A stretch of 47,650 bases of DNA from Patescibacteria group bacterium (GCA_038078755.1 JBBTSQ010000032.1:1-47650); one strand, 5' to 3'. Positions 26,665 through 35,573 are shown, numbered from the stretch's first letter. Program-made: numbers and translations. Notes: a model not told the origin generated them from the letters alone.

Positions 26665-27765
26665 ATGAAGCTTGAATGTGTAAAAGATAAATTAAAAACA
26701 GCAATTTCAAAAGTAGATAAGATTACGGGAAAAAATCTTACCTTACCGATTTTAAGTTGTATTCTGTTTGAGGCGAAAAATAATACCCTCACTCTTAAAG
26801 CAACCAATCTTGATATTGGGATTGAAATTACTGTGCCGGCAAAAATTGAGGAGGAAGGAATAGTCGCAGTACCCGGAATCACCTTTTCAAATTTTTTAAG
26901 TAATCTTTACACTGAAAAAAACATCATTCTTGAAACCAAAGAAGGAAATTTAATTGTTTCAACCCAACACAACACCACTGTTATTAAAACCTTCCCGCCG
27001 GAAGATTTCCCATCAATTCCTACTGTTATCCCTGAACGATCATTTACTATCACCAGTCGAGAGCTGACCAAATCCCTCAAATCAGTGTGGTACAGCGCGG
27101 CAATTTCCAGTATGAAGCCGGAAATTTCAAGCGTGTACCTATACACCGAGGAAGATTCGTTGGTGTGTGTGGCGACCGACTCATTTCGTCTTGCTGAAAA
27201 GAAAATTAAAAACAAAAAAGTCCGTGATTTCGGCTCACTACTCATTCCAGTGAAAAATATCGCCGAGATTATCAAGGTGTTTGAGGAAGCATCGGCTGAA
27301 ATCGAAGTCAGTGTTGATAAAAACCAAGCATCATTTTCAGCAGAGGGGGTGTACCTTGTGTCACGAATCATCGAAGGCACCTTCCCGGACTATCGACAGA
27401 TTTTGCCAAAAGAATCAAAAACGGAGGTGGTGCTACTCAAACAAGATCTTATTAATGCCCTCAAACTCTCAAATGTCTTCACAGACAAGTTTAATCAGTT
27501 GGCCATACATATTGATCCAAAAAACAAATCACTCCAACTTACGACCAAAAATGGCGATGTGGGAGAAAATAAACACAACATTGAAGCATCGGTATCCGGC
27601 GAATCGCTCGATATCACGTTTAATTACAAATATATTGCCGACAGTTTCCAATCTATCGATGCCGACAGTATTGTACTGAAATTTAATGGTGCCAATCGCC
27701 CACTGACCATCTCACCGGTATCTGACCCATCATTTATCTACTTGGTGATGCCAATGAATCGCTAA
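26665..27765 (+). CDS. dnaN: DNA polymerase III beta sliding clamp
   Basis: 366-aa ORF directly after dnaA. The N-terminal 'MKLECVKDKLKTAISKVDKITGKNLTLPILSCILFEA' and the three-domain length are typical of DnaN. Confidence 0.9.
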   Translation: MKLECVKDKLKTAISKVDKITGKNLTLPILSCILFEAKNNTLTLKATNLDIGIEITVPAKIEEEGIVAVPGITFSNFLSNLYTEKNIILETKEGNLIVSTQHNTTVIKTFPPEDFPSIPTVIPERSFTITSRELTKSLKSVWYSAAISSMKPEISSVYLYTEEDSLVCVATDSFRLAEKKIKNKKVRDFGSLLIPVKNIAEIIKVFEEASAEIEVSVDKNQASFSAEGVYLVSRIIEGTFPDYRQILPKESKTEVVLLKQDLINALKLSNVFTDKFNQLAIHIDPKNKSLQLTTKNGDVGENKHNIEASVSGESLDITFNYKYIADSFQSIDADSIVLKFNGANRPLTISPVSDPSFIYLVMPMNR

Positions 27766-28022
27766 TGCTTTCCATCGGCTCACTACTCGATAGGTTTAAG
27801 GGCCCTCTCACCGATCGGATTCGGGTGGAGGAGTCTGTGATTAAGGTTGTACAAGAGGTGTGTGGGATTACACTCACCCCAAAACAAATTCAGTTTAAAG
27901 CGAATGTGGTGTCGCTCGCGATAAGTCCGGGAGCGAAGCAAGCGGTGTACATTAAAAAAGAACAGATTTTGGCGAAAATTAAATTAGAATTGCCAAAAAT
28001 ACCAATAATCGACATTCGATAG
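27765..28022 (+). CDS. DUF721/DciA-like small protein
   Basis: 'VIKVVQEVCGITLTPKQIQFKANVVSLAISPGAKQAVYIKKEQILAKIK' follows the DUF721 pattern. The start overlaps the dnaN stop (TAATG). The position after dnaN is typical. Confidence 0.55.
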   Translation: MLSIGSLLDRFKGPLTDRIRVEESVIKVVQEVCGITLTPKQIQFKANVVSLAISPGAKQAVYIKKEQILAKIKLELPKIPIIDIR

Positions 28023-28064
28023 TATTTTTTCTAAACAGACCCTCAACAGAGCCATAAAATGCTC

Positions 28065-28183
28065 GAACGGCTCACCGAGCACCATGCTTATTACTTACAA
28101 GCATACTACTAAAAGAACCAGTAACACCCTATTACTCTTTACCCATACGTTCGATACATATGGTGCTTCGGTGAGCCGTTCAG
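28065..28183 (+). repeat. 119-nt hairpin element, copy A
   Basis: Identical to 33314-33435 except for a 3-nt indel. The arms gaacggctcaccgagcaccat / atggtgcttcggtgagccgttc (about 21 bp, one bulge) enclose about 75 nt. Confidence 0.9.
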
Positions 28184-28362
28184 CACTTTTAGGCCTAACT
28201 AGAGCCGTCCTGTGGCAAAAAGTCGAAAATATAGCTCTAGTTAGTCTTAAAATAATCACTCAAAAATAATTGACTTTTTATGTTAATACGAGTAGTGTAT
28301 TAAATGGATGATTTGTAAAACAAACAAAAACTACTAAGTGGTAGTAAAAAGAAAGGTTCTTT

Positions 28363-28770
28363 GTGAAAACCGTTGATGGTTCTTTGGATAGTCCTTTGTT
28401 CACAACCAAATCGGTGCTATTTTTTGTGGCAGTAATCGCGTTTCTCCTGATAATCATTGTAACCTCTATTAGGGCTAGGGAGATGGATACCGAAATTCAG
28501 AAATCGATTGCACAAAAACACGGCTTCAATCAAGGTCTTGGCCGTCCCACATCGCTCACCAATCTCAATACGTTCACCTACATTACCTTTCTCGGTAGTT
28601 TCCAAGGGAATGATGGTCAGATATATTTAGTGGCTTTGGTGGGAACCAATAGCGCACCAACGCTTTTCAACACAGGCACCAACGAGCCTCCTCGCGAAGC
28701 GCGAGAGAGAAGTATTCTCCTCTACGATGGCAAAAGACTCATTTCGATACCGAAAGAAAAGTCTGAGTAG
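28363..28770 (+). CDS. Signal-anchored hypothetical protein (GTG start)
   Basis: 135-aa ORF with one N-terminal TM 'VLFFVAVIAFLLIIIVTSI'. No known motif. Confidence 0.45.
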   Translation: MKTVDGSLDSPLFTTKSVLFFVAVIAFLLIIIVTSIRAREMDTEIQKSIAQKHGFNQGLGRPTSLTNLNTFTYITFLGSFQGNDGQIYLVALVGTNSAPTLFNTGTNEPPREARERSILLYDGKRLISIPKEKSE

Positions 28771-28872
28771 TCATTCTTCACCACCACCCCAGGGCAACCT
28801 GCGGTGGTTTTTAATTTTCCGTTTTTACCGGCTGGTCTATCCTACTTTTTATATCCCTTGCTTCTCCACTAT

Positions 28873-31422
28873 CTAATCTACAATAAACATCGTGTTCACT
28901 TCGGTACGATTAAGCATCGCGTCGTACACCACCACTTGCAACGTGTTGTCGGTGTTAAGAATTTCAAGATCGCTCGGGATAAATGAAAAAGTGTTGTTGT
29001 TTGATGAGCCGAGATAGAGGCCGTTGACTGAAATATCGGCTCGCAGTAATGGATACTTACCACTGTAATTCAAAGATACCGAAAGGGGTGTATCTTTTTG
29101 GTAGTGTCGATTCGAGTTTGGTGACATTAGGGTCACTTTCGGTACCGTGTCCGGTGTGTGTATATCATCGGTTTGAGTAGGAACGACCAACGATGGATTC
29201 TCATCGGTAAAATTTTGTTCTTGCGCCCATTTTCGAACTGGATATTCCCAGTTGGTAAATTGAGAGTCTTTTTCCGGATGCTCGGGAACTGGTCCGCGCG
29301 GATTATTTTTATCTACCCAATAGAGGATGGAGTGGACCGCGCGCACTACCTTGTCCTGCTTAAGCTCGGTGGGGGTGTATTCAGTCGCCAACTTTCCTGA
29401 TGCGTTATCAACAGTAAACACCTGTCCACCTTGCCACATATTTCGCAATACTGGTTTCAGAGTGTGTGGATCTTCTGATTCTGGTTTTTTAAATGGCTCG
29501 TTTGGCGCTCCCTCAAGCGCTACTTTCATAAACGCATTCCAAAATGGAGCAATGATAAATCCAGCCACCTTTTTCTCCATCGGACTGTTGTCATTGTTGC
29601 CGGCCCATGCTCCGACCGCTAATCGGGGAGTGTAGCCGATAATCCACGCGTCGCGGTAATCGTTGGTAGTACCGGTTTTGACCGCTACGGTGTGTCCCGG
29701 AACATAGAGGTATGAGCGAGTTCCAAACGCCGGCGCTCGAGCTTTTTCATCAGAGAGGATACTTGAAATGTGCAAAGCGGTTTGTTCGGGAAGCACTTCT
29801 ACGGGGTGTGGTTGGTGTTGCTCAAGCACCTTTCCATTTTTATCTTCCACACGCACGATGGCGTGGCTTGGGTTGCGAACACCGCTCTGAGCAAAAACTC
29901 CGTACGCGCTGGTCATCTCAAGCAGGGACACTTCGCCGCCACCGAGGACGAGTGTTAGGCCGTACTGATTAACATCTTTGAGGCTGGTGATACCCATATC
30001 TTTGGCAGTTTTAAGAGAGTCTTTCACACCGGCAAGATAGAGCGTCTTGATGGCGGGAATGTTGATGGATTGCGCCAAAGCCTCTCGCATCGTGATCGGC
30101 CCGCGATAGATGTGGTCGTAATTTTCCGGGGCATAACAGCCGGTATCTATCGGCGCGCCGGTTGGGGTGGTGGTGGGCGTGTTGCCGTCAGGAGCGCAGG
30201 ATGCTTGGAATTCGGTGCGAAGGTCAAAAAGCACGGTATCTGGCGTATATCCTTTTTGAAAAGCGGTGGCGTAGGCAAAGGGCTTGAAAGTCGAGCCGGG
30301 TTGTCTACTGGCGGTGGCGACATTGAAATTACCCTCGATTTCTTTGTCAAAATAATCTCGAGACCCAACCATGGTGAGAATATCTCCGGTTGATGGATCG
30401 AGCGCGATCAACGAGATATTTTCAGCGTTAAAAGCCGTTTTATTTTTCAAGGCAAATTCAAGAGCAAGGTCTTCAGCCTTTTTTTGCAAATCGTAGTTGA
30501 GGGTGGTGATCACTTTCAAGCCATCCTGCTCAATCGCGCGCTTACCATATTTTTTTTCCAAATAGTCTTTAACATAAAATACGAAATGGGGCGCCTTGAG
30601 ATTGGCACCTTCCTCCGGAGCAAAAAGCACCACTTCCGTTTTTGCGGCGGCATATTCTTTTTCGGTGATGAATTTATTTTCCAACATCTTTTTCAGCACC
30701 AGATTTTTTCGAGCCGTGAGCTCGTCTACGTGCGAGCCATACGGAGAGTATCGGCTGGGTGCTTGGGGCAGGGCGGCGAGGTATGCTGATTCAGCGAGAG
30801 ACACATCACGCGCTGATTTACCAAAAAATGCCTTGCTTGCCTCCTCAACCCCGTACATATTGCCTCCATACGGCGCTTCGTTGAGATAGAGGGCCAAAAT
30901 CTCCTCTTTAGTGAGGATGCGTTCAATTTTTAAAGACAGTACCCACTCCTTGAGCTTACGGGAGATTTTTTTGTCGATAGTGAGAATAGAGTTTTTCACT
31001 ACTTGTTGGGTAATAGTCGAACCTCCTTGGCTATAACTGCCGGCGCCGAGGTTGGCGAGAACTGCGCGGATAATCGAGGTGATTTTAATCCCATGATGTT
31101 CATAGAATTCAGCATCTTCGATGGCGACGGTTGCGTTTTTGATATGACGAGAGATATCTTCAAATGGGACGATGGTGCGTTTAGTATTCTCAAACACATC
31201 ATAGAGCAGTATGGTGCCAGTGCGATCATAAATCTTGGTCGATTCAGTCACTTTCCGTTTTTCAAACGAGCGAAGATCGGGGGTTTGGAATGTAGAAATC
31301 CAAAACAAAAATATCGCGGAGAGTAGTAGGCCAACTGAACCAGCAACTAACCCCCACTCTTTTAGGGAATGGTGGTAGCGTCTTTGTAGGATGTGCAGTT
31401 TGTGACGGACAGGGCGCTTCAT
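28873..31422 (-). CDS. Class A penicillin-binding protein (PBP1A-type transglycosylase/transpeptidase) with a ~200-aa C-terminal extension
   Basis: GT51 motifs 'EDAEFYEHHGI', 'GGSTITQQ' and 'RKLKEW'. Transpeptidase motifs 'SRQPGSTFKP' (SxxK) and 'KTGTTND' (KTG). Confidence 0.9.
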   Translation of the reverse strand: MKRPVRHKLHILQRRYHHSLKEWGLVAGSVGLLLSAIFLFWISTFQTPDLRSFEKRKVTESTKIYDRTGTILLYDVFENTKRTIVPFEDISRHIKNATVAIEDAEFYEHHGIKITSIIRAVLANLGAGSYSQGGSTITQQVVKNSILTIDKKISRKLKEWVLSLKIERILTKEEILALYLNEAPYGGNMYGVEEASKAFFGKSARDVSLAESAYLAALPQAPSRYSPYGSHVDELTARKNLVLKKMLENKFITEKEYAAAKTEVVLFAPEEGANLKAPHFVFYVKDYLEKKYGKRAIEQDGLKVITTLNYDLQKKAEDLALEFALKNKTAFNAENISLIALDPSTGDILTMVGSRDYFDKEIEGNFNVATASRQPGSTFKPFAYATAFQKGYTPDTVLFDLRTEFQASCAPDGNTPTTTPTGAPIDTGCYAPENYDHIYRGPITMREALAQSINIPAIKTLYLAGVKDSLKTAKDMGITSLKDVNQYGLTLVLGGGEVSLLEMTSAYGVFAQSGVRNPSHAIVRVEDKNGKVLEQHQPHPVEVLPEQTALHISSILSDEKARAPAFGTRSYLYVPGHTVAVKTGTTNDYRDAWIIGYTPRLAVGAWAGNNDNSPMEKKVAGFIIAPFWNAFMKVALEGAPNEPFKKPESEDPHTLKPVLRNMWQGGQVFTVDNASGKLATEYTPTELKQDKVVRAVHSILYWVDKNNPRGPVPEHPEKDSQFTNWEYPVRKWAQEQNFTDENPSLVVPTQTDDIHTPDTVPKVTLMSPNSNRHYQKDTPLSVSLNYSGKYPLLRADISVNGLYLGSSNNNTFSFIPSDLEILNTDNTLQVVVYDAMLNRTEVNTMFIVD

Positions 31423-31479
31423 AATGAAAGTTGTAGTATACCATTTTTCTAGGCGAAATAAGTGGAATTGTGCTAGAGT

Positions 31480-32715
31480 ATGGGCATGTTTTTCAGTAAA
31501 AAAGACACCATACTCACACCTACCCCTGATACCATCAAGGATTTTCTTTCTCGCGGGGTTGAGATGGTATACCCTTCGGCTGATTTTTTAGCAAGTCGAC
31601 TTACTTCAGGAAAGAAGCAGACACTTTTTTTGGGTATTGATCCCACTGGACCAACCCTACATTTGGGACACGTGATTATTTTGAAAAAATTACGCGATTT
31701 TCAGAAAATGGGGCATCAAGTCATCCTGCTGATCGGTGATTTTACGGGAATGATTGGTGATCCGACTGACAAGACCGCCACCCGCAAAAAATTGACTAGA
31801 GGTGAGGTGCTCAAAAATGCTACGTTGTATAAAAAACAAGCTTCAAAGTTTGTCTCATTTTCTGGGGTCAATAAAACACAGCTCCGATACAATTCAGAAT
31901 GGTTGTCACCTATGCGTTTTGATGAAGTGCTTGAGTTGGCATCAAATATTACCGGCGATCAACTAATGAAGCGAGATATGTTTGCAAAGCGTCTCGAGGA
32001 AGGAAAATCAACCTATCTTCACGAACTGCTGTACCCACTTCTACAGGGTTACGATAGTGTGGCGATGGACGTCGATGGTGAAATTGGGGGCAACGACCAG
32101 ACATTTAATATGTTGGTTGGTCGAGACTTGATGAAGAAGCTCAAGAACAAAGAAAAATTCGTGATGACTATGAAGCTCTTGGTGGATACGTCGGGCAAAA
32201 AGATGGGCAAGACTGAAGGGAATATCGTAGCGCTCACGGATAGTCCGAGCGAAATGTACGGCAAGGTGATGAGCTGGACAGATGGGATGATTGTGCGCGG
32301 GTTTGAGCTTTGTACTGATGTGCCAACCTCGGAAATTGGCGCGATTGAACGATCACTTGCTTCGGGAGCCAATCCAAAAGAGCATAAAATGCATTTAGCG
32401 AAAGCGGTGGTAACACTGCTGACTTCTGCAAAAGATGCGGTGGTGGCCGAACAATCATTTATTAGTCAATTTAGTCGAGGGGAAGTGCCGGAAGATGTAA
32501 AAACTGTTTCAGTGGCTTCGGGCGCATTGCTTTCCGAAGTGCTTTTAAGTGCCGGACTGATTGAGTCAAAAGGTGAATTCAAACGATTGGTGGAAGAAAA
32601 AGCAGTGCGCAATCTTTCAAACGATAGTGTGATTGAGCGATTTGATACGACTGTCTCCGAAGCGATGACTGTGAAGGTGGGTAAGCGCCGGTTTTTGAAA
32701 ATTATTCTAAAGTAG
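31480..32715 (+). CDS. tyrS: Tyrosine--tRNA ligase (the ATG at 31486 may be the true start)
   Basis: HIGH motif 'PTGPTLHLGH', KMSKS motif 'KMGKT' and a C-terminal S4-like domain. Confidence 0.95.
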   Translation: MGMFFSKKDTILTPTPDTIKDFLSRGVEMVYPSADFLASRLTSGKKQTLFLGIDPTGPTLHLGHVIILKKLRDFQKMGHQVILLIGDFTGMIGDPTDKTATRKKLTRGEVLKNATLYKKQASKFVSFSGVNKTQLRYNSEWLSPMRFDEVLELASNITGDQLMKRDMFAKRLEEGKSTYLHELLYPLLQGYDSVAMDVDGEIGGNDQTFNMLVGRDLMKKLKNKEKFVMTMKLLVDTSGKKMGKTEGNIVALTDSPSEMYGKVMSWTDGMIVRGFELCTDVPTSEIGAIERSLASGANPKEHKMHLAKAVVTLLTSAKDAVVAEQSFISQFSRGEVPEDVKTVSVASGALLSEVLLSAGLIESKGEFKRLVEEKAVRNLSNDSVIERFDTTVSEAMTVKVGKRRFLKIILK

Positions 32716-32763
32716 AGTCCGGTCTCGTGTAGTATGAGGTGTCACCTCATGGGCGCCACCTTA

Positions 32764-32787
32764 CCTGTGGAATTAATTTTCCACAGG
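32764..32787 (+). terminator. Hairpin cctgtggaa-ttaatt-ttccacagg downstream of tyrS
   Basis: 9-bp perfect stem. The T-tract is weak (ttgctcttt), so the assignment is tentative. Confidence 0.45.
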
Positions 32788-32864
32788 TTGCTCTTTGAAC
32801 GTATTTACAAATAAAACAGGTTTTGCTACAACTATGGCTATTAACGGATTAGTCCCGTTTTGTT

Positions 32865-33131
32865 ATGGCACCAAATAAGAAACAAATTAAAAAAATAGTA
32901 AAGAAGCATAGCCTGGGAGCGGTTGATACGACAGAAGAAGTAAAAAAGAAGGTCGTTGGGGAGGAAGGAGAGGATGCTCACGCCGAGAAAGATAGACCCG
33001 TTAATTTAGGGGATGATTTTGAAGAGCCCGTCGAGGGTGGAGATGATTTTGGTGGCCCGATTGAATCTGAAGATGATGAGGATGATACGTTGTACAGCTC
33101 GGCGGATAGCGAGGATCATCATTATGAGTAG
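32865..33131 (+). CDS. Small, very acidic protein (basic N-terminus, Asp/Glu-rich body)
   Basis: 88-aa ORF 'MAPNKKQIKKIVKKH...GDDFEEPVEGGDDFGGPIESEDDEDD'. No known family was recognised. Confidence 0.45.
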   Translation: MAPNKKQIKKIVKKHSLGAVDTTEEVKKKVVGEEGEDAHAEKDRPVNLGDDFEEPVEGGDDFGGPIESEDDEDDTLYSSADSEDHHYE

Positions 33132-33313
33132 GATGGAGCAAACTAACAACCAACAATCTACAACTTACAATCAGAGTAAGATAAAGAGCGGCGATGTAGG
33201 CGCTGCTCTTTGTGCATAGGACCGTCCTTTGCAATACATTCAAAGAATTTATATTTAGAGCCATTTCTTCAACTTTTCGCTGTAGCGTGCCTATGTAGAG
33301 GCCCAAAAGTGCT

Positions 33314-33435
33314 GAACGGCTCACCGAGCACCATGCTTATTACTTACAAGCATACTACTACTAAAAGAACCAGTAACACCCTATTACTCTTTACCCATAC
33401 GTTCGATACATATGGTGCTTCGGTGAGCCGTTCAG
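33314..33435 (+). repeat. 122-nt hairpin element, copy B
   Basis: Identical to 28065-28183 apart from one extra 'cta'. It continues 3' into blocks shared with the 24.1-kb relative. Confidence 0.9.
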
Positions 33436-33527
33436 GCATTTTGTGGCTTTATAGCAATGTCGTTTGGGAAATTATCACACGCTCTTTGGTGCAGTGACTT
33501 TTGGTGGTTTTTGGTGAAAATTAAGTT

Positions 33528-33561
33528 AAAGGCTCAATCCGCCGCGGCGGATTGAGCCTTT
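33528..33561. terminator. Hairpin aaaggctcaatccgcc-gcgg-ggcggattgagccttt (33/34 identical to 15246-15279)
   Basis: 13-bp GC-rich stem between convergent genes (acidic protein plus strand, ruvC minus strand). There is no clear T-run. Confidence 0.5.
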
Positions 33562-33729
33562 AAACTATAACAAAACCTTTTTTGTGAATAATCCTGTGAA
33601 TTATCTCTGAACAACTAGTGGATAGACTATAATATGGCCCTGTAACAAGCTTTAATTACATATTTTTCTAAGCAAACTCTTATCCACATATGTTAATATC
33701 GCTGTTTTTTAAACTTTTCTACATTCGAT

Positions 33730-34230
33730 CTACTGTCTCAGTATCTCGTCGCTCCCACTCCTCGACACAGCTAGGCAGGTTATCCCCACCGCGATGGCGT
33801 CATATTCATCATCGTGGGCGATGTTTTTGTCGATTTTGAGTAGGCGAGGGATCATTGAAATCATCTGTTTTTTGTCACTTTTGCCATAGCCGGTGACCGC
33901 TACTTTAATTTCGAGAGGAGTGTATTCGTGAATGGTGAGATCCGCGAGAGATCCTTCGTACATAATTACTCCGCGCGCTTCCGCCACACCCATCGCCGTC
34001 TTTTGGTTGGTGGTGAAGTATAATTTTTCAATAGCTAGACGCTCCGGCTGGTACTCTTTAATCAACTTTTTAATTTCTTGACCGATTAGTGCAATTCGAG
34101 CAGGCAACTTTTCTTCTTTGACTGTCTTGAAACAATCCGAGTATACCAGTACTTCTTTTTGTTTGGGCAATTTCTCAATCACCGCAATACCGACACGCTC
34201 ATACCCGGGATCGATGCTTAATATTCGCAT
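33730..34230 (-). CDS. ruvC: Crossover junction endodeoxyribonuclease RuvC
   Basis: 'MRILSIDPGYERVGIAVIE', 'EYTPLEIKVAVTGYGKSDKKQM' and 'HDDEYDAIAVG'. Confidence 0.9.
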   Translation of the reverse strand: MRILSIDPGYERVGIAVIEKLPKQKEVLVYSDCFKTVKEEKLPARIALIGQEIKKLIKEYQPERLAIEKLYFTTNQKTAMGVAEARGVIMYEGSLADLTIHEYTPLEIKVAVTGYGKSDKKQMISMIPRLLKIDKNIAHDDEYDAIAVGITCLAVSRSGSDEILRQ

Positions 34231-34278
34231 AAGGGAAGTATAACAATGAAAACAGAGAAAAAACAGTTTTCATTGTTG

Positions 34279-34344
34279 ATTCGACTTCGACTCAAACGCT
34301 GTGTGAATGCAGACATCCCCACGCGATTTTCGCTCGTCGAAATA
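34279..34344. repeat. 66-nt direct repeat, copy 1
   Basis: attcgacttcgactc...cgctcgtcgaaata. By hand count, 52/66 positions match 34481-34546, and the termini are conserved. Confidence 0.75.
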
Positions 34345-34480
34345 GGGTATAAAGTATGAAGTAAAAAGCTATATATGCCCCTGCGGCAGAAACCGCGGGG
34401 TAATCTTGGAACTCGTCCGTCCGACCGTCCGAACGGACTCATAGAGACGCGTGGCAGAGACCACGCGGTAGTGACCTATA

Positions 34481-34546
34481 ATTCGACTTCGACTCGGACG
34501 CTGTGTACAATCAGAATTGTCCACGCGCTCCTCGCTTGTCGAAATA
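34481..34546. repeat. 66-nt direct repeat, copy 2
   Basis: attcgacttcgactc...cgcttgtcgaaata. See copy 1. Confidence 0.75.
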
Positions 34547-34573
34547 AAATAACGCGCCTTCCAGCGCGTTATT

Positions 34574-34807
34574 TTATACAGTTAGCGGAGTTTTTGTTGT
34601 AATTTTAATTGGTATACCATTCCGTATATTTTTCTCAAGTTCCGAACCCTGTTGTGATGAAGCGTCTAAGAGTTCAATGCCCAAAGTTTCTCCATTTTTA
34701 TTAACGTCAATAGTAAGGTGCTCATTTATAACAAGTGTTTTACTCACTGTTCCTTTTTTAACAGTGAAGTATATGGCATCGGCTACTTTATCGTAATTTA
34801 TTTTCAT
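34574..34807 (-). CDS. DUF2283-family small protein (putative antitoxin)
   Basis: 'INYDKVADAIYFTVKKG...TIDVNKNGETLGIELLDAS' is the DUF2283 pattern. It overlaps the upstream DUF4258 gene by 4 nt. Confidence 0.7.
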   Translation of the reverse strand: MKINYDKVADAIYFTVKKGTVSKTLVINEHLTIDVNKNGETLGIELLDASSQQGSELEKNIRNGIPIKITTKTPLTV

Positions 34808-35031
34808 TTGTAGTACGCAGTTATAAGTAGGTATTCTTCTTTATCTCGAAAACTCTCTTTACAGTATATCACTTCGATTAACTTACCTTCAATGCGCTTA
34901 CTCACTCTAATCTTACCATCAAAAACGAGCTCCTTTGAGTCCGGACACCGAATGGCTTGTTTTATATGCTCAAAATTGATGTTCCGCTCACTCAATCGGC
35001 TCTGAAAATGCGCAGTTTGTTTGAGCTTCAT
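34804..35031 (-). CDS. DUF4258-family small protein (putative toxin)
   Basis: 'HFQSRLSERNINFEHIKQAI...LLITAYY' fits the DUF4258 pattern. Translationally coupled to the DUF2283 gene. Confidence 0.7.
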   Translation of the reverse strand: MKLKQTAHFQSRLSERNINFEHIKQAIRCPDSKELVFDGKIRVSKRIEGKLIEVIYCKESFRDKEEYLLITAYYK

Positions 35032-35042
35032 ACAGTATACGA

Positions 35043-35573
35043 TTACTCGGCATTTGTAAATACCTCCTGCACTTCGTCGTTGTTTTCGAGGGCATCAACA
35101 AGTGCTTCAAGTTTTACACCGTCTTCTTCCGAGAGGGGGAGGGTTGAAGTGGGTTCCCATCCAGCACCAACTTTTTTGAACGCCCAGAGTGCACTGCCGA
35201 CAGAGGCCAGTTCACTCCCGTGTTGCGAGAGAATAAATTTCACTTCTTGCGCCGCTTTGTTTTTGTTGTCGGTCAAAGCTTCGATGATGAGGGCACAGCC
35301 GCCCGGGCCATAGGATTCGTAGGTGATGGCGTCCATTGAGCCAGTGTTTACTTCGGTGGCTTTTTTAACCGCGCGGTCGATGGCGTCGTTCGGCATATTT
35401 TCTCCACGAGCGCGATCAATCACCGCTTTCACATTTGCAGAATCACGATTACCGCCAGCCTTTTTGGCCTCAACGGTGATCAAGCGGGCGTACTTGGTAA
35501 AGATTTTACTCTTTTGACCATCCGTCTTCGCTTTTTTATTTTTGATCTGTGACCATTTGTTGTGACCGGACAT
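35043..35573 (-). CDS. yebC: YebC/PmpR-family protein (short form)
   Basis: 'MSGHNKWSQIKNKKAKTDGQKSKIFTK' is the family N-terminal signature. ATG 35573 is preferred over the upstream 35615. Confidence 0.85.
   Translation of the reverse strand: MSGHNKWSQIKNKKAKTDGQKSKIFTKYARLITVEAKKAGGNRDSANVKAVIDRARGENMPNDAIDRAVKKATEVNTGSMDAITYESYGPGGCALIIEALTDNKNKAAQEVKFILSQHGSELASVGSALWAFKKVGAGWEPTSTLPLSEEDGVKLEALVDALENNDEVQEVFTNAE

Noticed and set aside
28084-28269. ORFs 28084..28269 and 33210..33497 (MLITYKHTTKRTSNTLLLF...).
   Set aside because: They lie inside the long stem of the duplicated hairpin element. The 3-nt indel keeps the frame but there is no start context. They are more simply explained as repeat or RNA sequence.
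34279-34546. Possible CRISPR array.
   Set aside because: There are only two repeat copies, 66 nt long and about 79% identical, with a 136-nt spacer. No cas genes are present. This is not CRISPR-like.
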